From Coleofasciculus chthonoplastes F2-STO-03 (GTDB lineage Bacteria > Cyanobacteriota > Cyanobacteriia > Cyanobacteriales > Coleofasciculaceae), in contig JAVJWO010000052.1 in NCBI GenBank assembly GCA_040222015.1, positions 32,001-96,000 on the forward strand: a DNA stretch of 64,000 nucleotides, in the 5' to 3' direction. The notes under the pieces were generated by a model. That model was given only the letters and a program-made list of their open reading frames with translations. It was not told where the DNA came from and ran no database searches. Positions 59,196-64,000 of the stretch are shown here, piece after piece; within the stretch, counting starts at the first letter, position 1; each line of letters starts with the position of its first letter. A program made the position numbers and the translations under genes.

Positions 59196-60002
59196 TTAAA
59201 CTCTCAAAACCTGAATCAGAATTCCCTGCTGAATCAGATGATCAATATGCTGTTTAACGTGACCCGCTAAGTCTTCACTTTTAACTAATAATCCCATTTC
59301 CATATTCAGGGTTAGGGCATATTCAGTTAAATTGGCACTAGAAATAAACAGGTGTTTGCTATCTGCGATCGCACATTTGACGTGAAGGGAACCATATTTG
59401 CCCTCGTGATTGATAGGTCGTCGCTGTTTGGGCCACACCAACACCTGTGCCCGTTGTATCACTTCCGCTCCCAGTGCTGCACTGACACTGAAAGCGATTT
59501 TACCGTCACCGGATTGGGGCGTTTCGACTAGAATTCGTAAGCTGACCCCTCGATTCATGGCTGCCACTAACGCCTGGGCAATTTCTGGCACCTTGTAAAC
59601 GGCAAAACTGATAATCGTCAACTCCTGTTTGGCTTCCCGAATGAGTTGCAACAGCACTTGGTCAGTGCGGCGCAGGGGAATGCCTGGGGATTCGGGTCCT
59701 GTCCAAACTAACTCCACCGATAACGCTTCTCGTGCTGTGGCGACACCGTAGGCGGCAGACGTCAGAGCTGCCGCGAGTGCGCGACTATCCAAATCGTTGG
59801 CGTCTTGTTCCCAGGTTTCGAGTAGATTGGCGACGAGGCGGCGAAAGTTAGCATTGGCAAGCTGGTTTAAAACGGTGGCTTTGAGTGCTTCATGACAAGA
59901 CGTATCAGAACTCGTGGCTAAGAGTCGGGTTACGGATTCCACAGCGACTAGGGGAAGCGACTGGGCAACCGAGTGAATGGCAAATAGCAGTTTAGGAGTC
60001 AC
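59196..60002 (-). CDS. drmC: DISARM phospholipase D-like nuclease
   Basis: ELVWTGP, single HKD motif LHVKCAIAD, SSANLT..NMEMG; GTGA overlap with drmB. Confidence 0.88.
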   Translation of the reverse strand: MTPKLLFAIHSVAQSLPLVAVESVTRLLATSSDTSCHEALKATVLNQLANANFRRLVANLLETWEQDANDLDSRALAAALTSAAYGVATAREALSVELVWTGPESPGIPLRRTDQVLLQLIREAKQELTIISFAVYKVPEIAQALVAAMNRGVSLRILVETPQSGDGKIAFSVSAALGAEVIQRAQVLVWPKQRRPINHEGKYGSLHVKCAIADSKHLFISSANLTEYALTLNMEMGLLVKSEDLAGHVKQHIDHLIQQGILIQVLRV

Positions 60003-61864
60003 TGGAAAAAAGCTAAGTCAGTCAATTGCACGGTGGGAATCAACAACGCCCGATCAAGGTACTTATTACCCCGTTCGCAGGACGTTTCCGGACTGAACAA
60101 GCAAGCATGACAAGCCGCCCAGTGCAATGATGCTGTACCCGATAGCGGTGCATGTTCGGCACAGAGGGGATCAGACGAACAAAGACGCATTTGTTCCAGG
60201 GCTTGGGCAATATGATGTCCCAAGATGGCAGGTTGCCCTAAATTGACTAACCCGCCTAGGGTTCCCTCGCTATCAGGAGCGGCGGTGTAAATTAAAAGTC
60301 CTGCCTGAGAACCATTCTCATCCTCTGGCGGTCTGGAATAGATTCGTTCCCGCAGACTAGCCGCATTGTACCCGCATTCGATCGCAAGCTGCCGCATCAG
60401 GGCGTGGGAAAAGGAGTGCAGCAGCATATAGCGAATACCCGGAAATCGTACCTTGTCCGGGTCTAGGGAGCGGACATTGCACCAATTTTTATGGGCTTCC
60501 CGGCTACGTTGTTCGTGCTTCTTGACAGCGGGACGTTCTTCCCAGGCGTTCAGGACGGATTCTTGGAATTCCAGAAAAATGCCCTCGCCTTTCACTTCCG
60601 TGGTTGGCACCCATTGAGGAGAGTGTCGGCTGATACAAACCTGGTAATCATCGGGAATTTCTTCCGCATCAGCAAAATCACCAGGGGATTGAATCCGGGT
60701 AAAGCCAATCAAGGCGCGTACTTCCCGCAGGCGCTTGACCAGAACGGCTTGATTAAACCAGTGTTCGTAACCTTTGGGCGGTGCTACGGGGTCGAGTTGA
60801 AACTCCTTTGTATTCTTGGTGGGGTCAGCTTGGGAAAAGATTTCCCACTCCGGAGTTTTCAAATCTCCCGCACGGATAATATCCTCCTGTCCTGTTTGGC
60901 GTTGCTCGATTTGTACCCAAATCTCGTCTAGAGGATATTGGGCAAATTCTTGGAGTTGCCCCATCGCTTGCATGGCTGTGAGGATACCGTTAAGAATTTC
61001 TGGACTGGTTGCTTTGCTTAAGGCTGTCCAGTACTGCTCCACGAGCTGCCCTAGCTGACTCGATGCGGTGGGAATAGAAAGGGCAGAAAGGGTGATACCA
61101 AACCAGCTATTTGAGGCTCCCAAAAGAATGCTTTTCATCTGCTGATCACAGGAGTCGTCAAAGCTACGCAGATGGGGATGACGACCTCGACAGCGGGGCA
61201 TATTTTTTTTGCCCGATTCCCCAAAGGCATCGGATAATCGCCGAGGTGGTGTATCGCAACCATTGCATTTAACCACAATATCTGTAGCGGAACCGGAAAC
61301 GCCCAATTCCTCTAAGCGTAATGAACCTTTACACTCAATATTGCCTCGGTGAACGAAATACATCCAGGGGAAATCATCGAGATGTCCATGTTCACAAGCG
61401 ACCAAGAATCGAGCTGGAATTACCGGGGGCGGCTTGATCGTTCTGTGGCAATTTTTATGAACGTAGCACGTCTTATCCGGTCGGTAAGGATTGGGTTTCA
61501 GGGCAAAAAATTCCGATTGTAATGGGGCAAGTAAGCGACATTTGGGACACACCATCCAGCTAGGAAAAGGGGCGACGGGAATGCCGATTCGGGATAGTTC
61601 ACTTAGGGAGAGGGTGGAACTCTGCTCATCTGGGGGGATGGGCGGTGCTTTAAGCTGTTTTACCTGTTGCCCCAATTCCCCACGCACGGCGGCAAGCAGG
61701 CGTTCTTCTGCTAGTTCAATACCCCGGTTTTTGTCCCAATCTTCCAGTCCCATGATCATAACTGAGAGATTGGGTAAGTCTGCGATCGCACCAATGCCAA
61801 AGGAAAATAAAATTTGGCTGGGTCGCAGTTCGCCGACTTTATAGCTGTAGTTGGACTGATTCAT
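59999..61864 (-). CDS. drmB: DISARM DUF1998 protein
   Basis: GELRPSQ, ACEHGHLDDFPW, LLHSFSHALMR, DSEGTLGGL, CSSDPLC..ACHAC. Confidence 0.9.
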   Translation of the reverse strand: MNQSNYSYKVGELRPSQILFSFGIGAIADLPNLSVMIMGLEDWDKNRGIELAEERLLAAVRGELGQQVKQLKAPPIPPDEQSSTLSLSELSRIGIPVAPFPSWMVCPKCRLLAPLQSEFFALKPNPYRPDKTCYVHKNCHRTIKPPPVIPARFLVACEHGHLDDFPWMYFVHRGNIECKGSLRLEELGVSGSATDIVVKCNGCDTPPRRLSDAFGESGKKNMPRCRGRHPHLRSFDDSCDQQMKSILLGASNSWFGITLSALSIPTASSQLGQLVEQYWTALSKATSPEILNGILTAMQAMGQLQEFAQYPLDEIWVQIEQRQTGQEDIIRAGDLKTPEWEIFSQADPTKNTKEFQLDPVAPPKGYEHWFNQAVLVKRLREVRALIGFTRIQSPGDFADAEEIPDDYQVCISRHSPQWVPTTEVKGEGIFLEFQESVLNAWEERPAVKKHEQRSREAHKNWCNVRSLDPDKVRFPGIRYMLLHSFSHALMRQLAIECGYNAASLRERIYSRPPEDENGSQAGLLIYTAAPDSEGTLGGLVNLGQPAILGHHIAQALEQMRLCSSDPLCAEHAPLSGTASLHWAACHACLFSPETSCERGNKYLDRALLIPTVQLTDLAFFQ

Positions 61865-61885
61865 TGGCAACAGGGAATAGTTATC

Positions 61886-64000
61886 TTATGATTCCTCTGG
61901 CATTTCCATACCCATAGGTTGGGGTAAACGAGAGAAATCTTCATCGGGGGGTTGGTCGGTGAGGATTAAACCCACTGTTGGTTCTACGTTTCGCAGGGAG
62001 TTCAGACAGGTAAAATCCTGCCATTCCTTACTGCCTGCGGCGTCGAGTAACTCAATCGTCGTGCCATCCCGCTTGTCGGCTTGATACTTGAGGATGCCAC
62101 CTCCCAGCAGATTCTCGGCTTTGTGCTTCCATTTATCTAACCGAGTTTCCAGTTCCTGGCGGACGTATTCCCCGATTTTGACATCCTCAATTAAGCTGGC
62201 TCGCTGTACAATGGCGTCAATGGCGGCTTGAATGTAAGGATGATCGCGTTCGATGCGTCCAGCCGAGTCATTTTTATTGAAGTCTTGACCCGATTGCCGC
62301 ACCAAAGAAACGAACAAGGCAGTTAAGCCCCGATACAACGCACCCGAGGCAAAGGGAGTGACCGAAAGTGCTTCCACGTTTTGGTAAAAGGTGGCGTGGT
62401 AATGGGCAAAGCGTTCGTAATGGGACAAATCTCGGGGTCTTGCCCAGTTGTAGACGGTAATGACTAAACCCGGATGGGTGCGTCCCACCCGCGACGTCGC
62501 CTGGATATATTCAGCCGTATTCTTGGGTTGACCGCAGGCAACCATGACGCCCAAGCGTTTCACGTCTACCCCGACGGAAATCATGTTGGTGGCGAGGATA
62601 ACATCTAAGGGGTCAAGTTTTTCCACCTTTTGTCCGGCTTTGCGTCGTGCTTTGGTTTCGGCTTGCTGTTGGGGGTTAAAGGGAGTTTCTAAGCGATCAA
62701 GGATAACGGGAATGTCGGTGGAGTCTTTGCGCGAGGTGAGTTCATCGATGGTGATGTTCAGGCGTTTTGCCAGTCCCCGCCGATCCATTTTGGCGAGGCG
62801 GGAGGTGATGTCATCTTCCACCAGACGGCGAGTACCGCCTAATTCCCGCAGGGAGTTGAAGTAACCCACCAACGTCATCCAAGGGTCGGCGTGTTCTCCA
62901 TAGTTTTCATACAGGGCTTGAGACGCAGCAAGACTAGCCACGTAAACTCGGATAATCGCTGCTTTCAGTCGGCGTCCAGGGGCGCAAATGCCCAGGTAGC
63001 GGCGACCGGGGGTTTTTGGGCTGGGTTGGCGCTGTTTGGAGAAGAAGTTATCCTCGACATCTAATCCGGGCGGCGGGAAGACGTGCAGTTTCCGCAAGAA
63101 AAGGTTGTGAACTTGGGCTTGGGCTTGGCGAATTGTGGCAGTGGAGGCGACGACTTTGGCACGTACCCGCTTGCCATCGACGTTCCAAGAGGATAGCTGG
63201 TCTATGGCTGTTTCGTAGAGTCCGACTAATGTCCCTAAAGGACCGCTAATCAGGTGCAGTTCGTCTTGGATAATCAGGTCAGGGGGACGCAACAGGGGAT
63301 GAGGTAGGGTTTTGGCGGCGGGTAAATTACCTGTGCGGTTGTGGCGGTTTTTATCCTCTACATCGGGGGAACGAAAGCCGTGGCGTTGGCAATACCCGTT
63401 TACTTGCCCGAATAGCATTTGTACTTCCCCTTTCCAGGGCATTTGGGCAAATTTATCAACGGTGGCGATTAATAGGGCAGGTAAGCGGCGATAGATTTCT
63501 TCATCGACGACTAAAACGGGTAAGCCTTCCCCTTTGGAGAAGGGACAGCGACCGAGGGGGTCGCCACAGCGAATCAAGGTGCGACCTCTGCCTTTTTCGA
63601 CGGGTTCGACGTGAATATGTTTGCCCGGTTCAATTTTGCTGCCGCACCAGGGACAGTTGGTGAGTTGGTGGGGGGAACCGCCGCTATGGTTTTGGTATTG
63701 TCCCCGGGATTGTTTGGTAAATTCTTCACTTTGGGAGGTGTAATTGGGTGTGCTGTTCTGTCCCACCCATAACCCAATGCGGATGGGTTCAGTCCCCCAT
63801 GTTTGTTCGTCGTTTCGCCGGATGGCTTCACAGGCACAGATTAAGGCAGTTGCCCGTTGGAATTGTTGCAGCGTCAATAGGCGCTCGATGAGGTTTTGGA
63901 TACGGACACCCTGCATGGGATAGCGTTTCCAAATTTGTTTGGGAGTGCCATCTTCCTTAAAGCTGAGTTGGCTTTTCTCTTTTTTATAGGTTCCCCATTT
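61886..64000 (-). CDS. drmA: DISARM SF2 helicase, apparently with an in-frame internal deletion; 5' end outside the window
   Basis: RLLTLQQFQRA, IIQDELHL, ASTAT, NMISVGVDV, QATSRVGR. Frame is open to the window edge (KWGTYKKEKS..QIWKRYP). No Walker A motif is present. Confidence 0.8.
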   Translation of the reverse strand, partial: KWGTYKKEKSQLSFKEDGTPKQIWKRYPMQGVRIQNLIERLLTLQQFQRATALICACEAIRRNDEQTWGTEPIRIGLWVGQNSTPNYTSQSEEFTKQSRGQYQNHSGGSPHQLTNCPWCGSKIEPGKHIHVEPVEKGRGRTLIRCGDPLGRCPFSKGEGLPVLVVDEEIYRRLPALLIATVDKFAQMPWKGEVQMLFGQVNGYCQRHGFRSPDVEDKNRHNRTGNLPAAKTLPHPLLRPPDLIIQDELHLISGPLGTLVGLYETAIDQLSSWNVDGKRVRAKVVASTATIRQAQAQVHNLFLRKLHVFPPPGLDVEDNFFSKQRQPSPKTPGRRYLGICAPGRRLKAAIIRVYVASLAASQALYENYGEHADPWMTLVGYFNSLRELGGTRRLVEDDITSRLAKMDRRGLAKRLNITIDELTSRKDSTDIPVILDRLETPFNPQQQAETKARRKAGQKVEKLDPLDVILATNMISVGVDVKRLGVMVACGQPKNTAEYIQATSRVGRTHPGLVITVYNWARPRDLSHYERFAHYHATFYQNVEALSVTPFASGALYRGLTALFVSLVRQSGQDFNKNDSAGRIERDHPYIQAAIDAIVQRASLIEDVKIGEYVRQELETRLDKWKHKAENLLGGGILKYQADKRDGTTIELLDAAGSKEWQDFTCLNSLRNVEPTVGLILTDQPPDEDFSRLPQPMGMEMPEES

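Noticed and set aside
1..64000. HIP1 (GCGATCGC) abundance as a novelty; tRNA, rRNA, transposase or integrase genes
   Set aside because: HIP1 is a known cyanobacterial feature, used here only as a taxonomic clue; no RNA gene or autonomous mobile element was recognised

Overview
This window is from a filamentous cyanobacterium, judged by abundant HIP1 GCGATCGC octamers, heptamer STRRs and GTAG-type palindromes; Coleofasciculus-like is an inference. Left to right: (1) a VMAP-MoxR-vWA ternary conflict system. It is interrupted by a PD-(D/E)xK nuclease and a ParE-type toxin-antitoxin pair, and the 23-bp start of the vWA gene occurs three times, two copies bracketing the TA pair. The system ends in two FGE/CLec domains whose 3' ends look like DGR variable regions, but no RT or TR is in the window. 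(2) Two members of a five-copy family of polytopic membrane proteins (DDARQH motif). (3) An STK-AAA-GAF-HK / response regulator / REC-PAS-adenylate cyclase cluster. (4) Housekeeping genes (cobH, dapB, RimB-like protease, rimK, aspartoacylase), an FHA-CHAT protein, an SLH protein and two hybrid kinases. (5) A surface-polysaccharide locus (wza, wzc, UDP-glucuronate epimerase, ArnT-like, two DUF6798-like, three more DDARQH paralogs). (6) DISARM drmABC, in which drmA appears internally deleted. Most notable non-gene structure: 14 GTAG-ended hairpins from four different arm families, all with 35-40 nt loops; repeats translated inside proteins; several genes hollowed out with both ends kept; and kb-scale strand-skew domains independent of gene direction. 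All family assignments come from motif recognition only; no database search was run.
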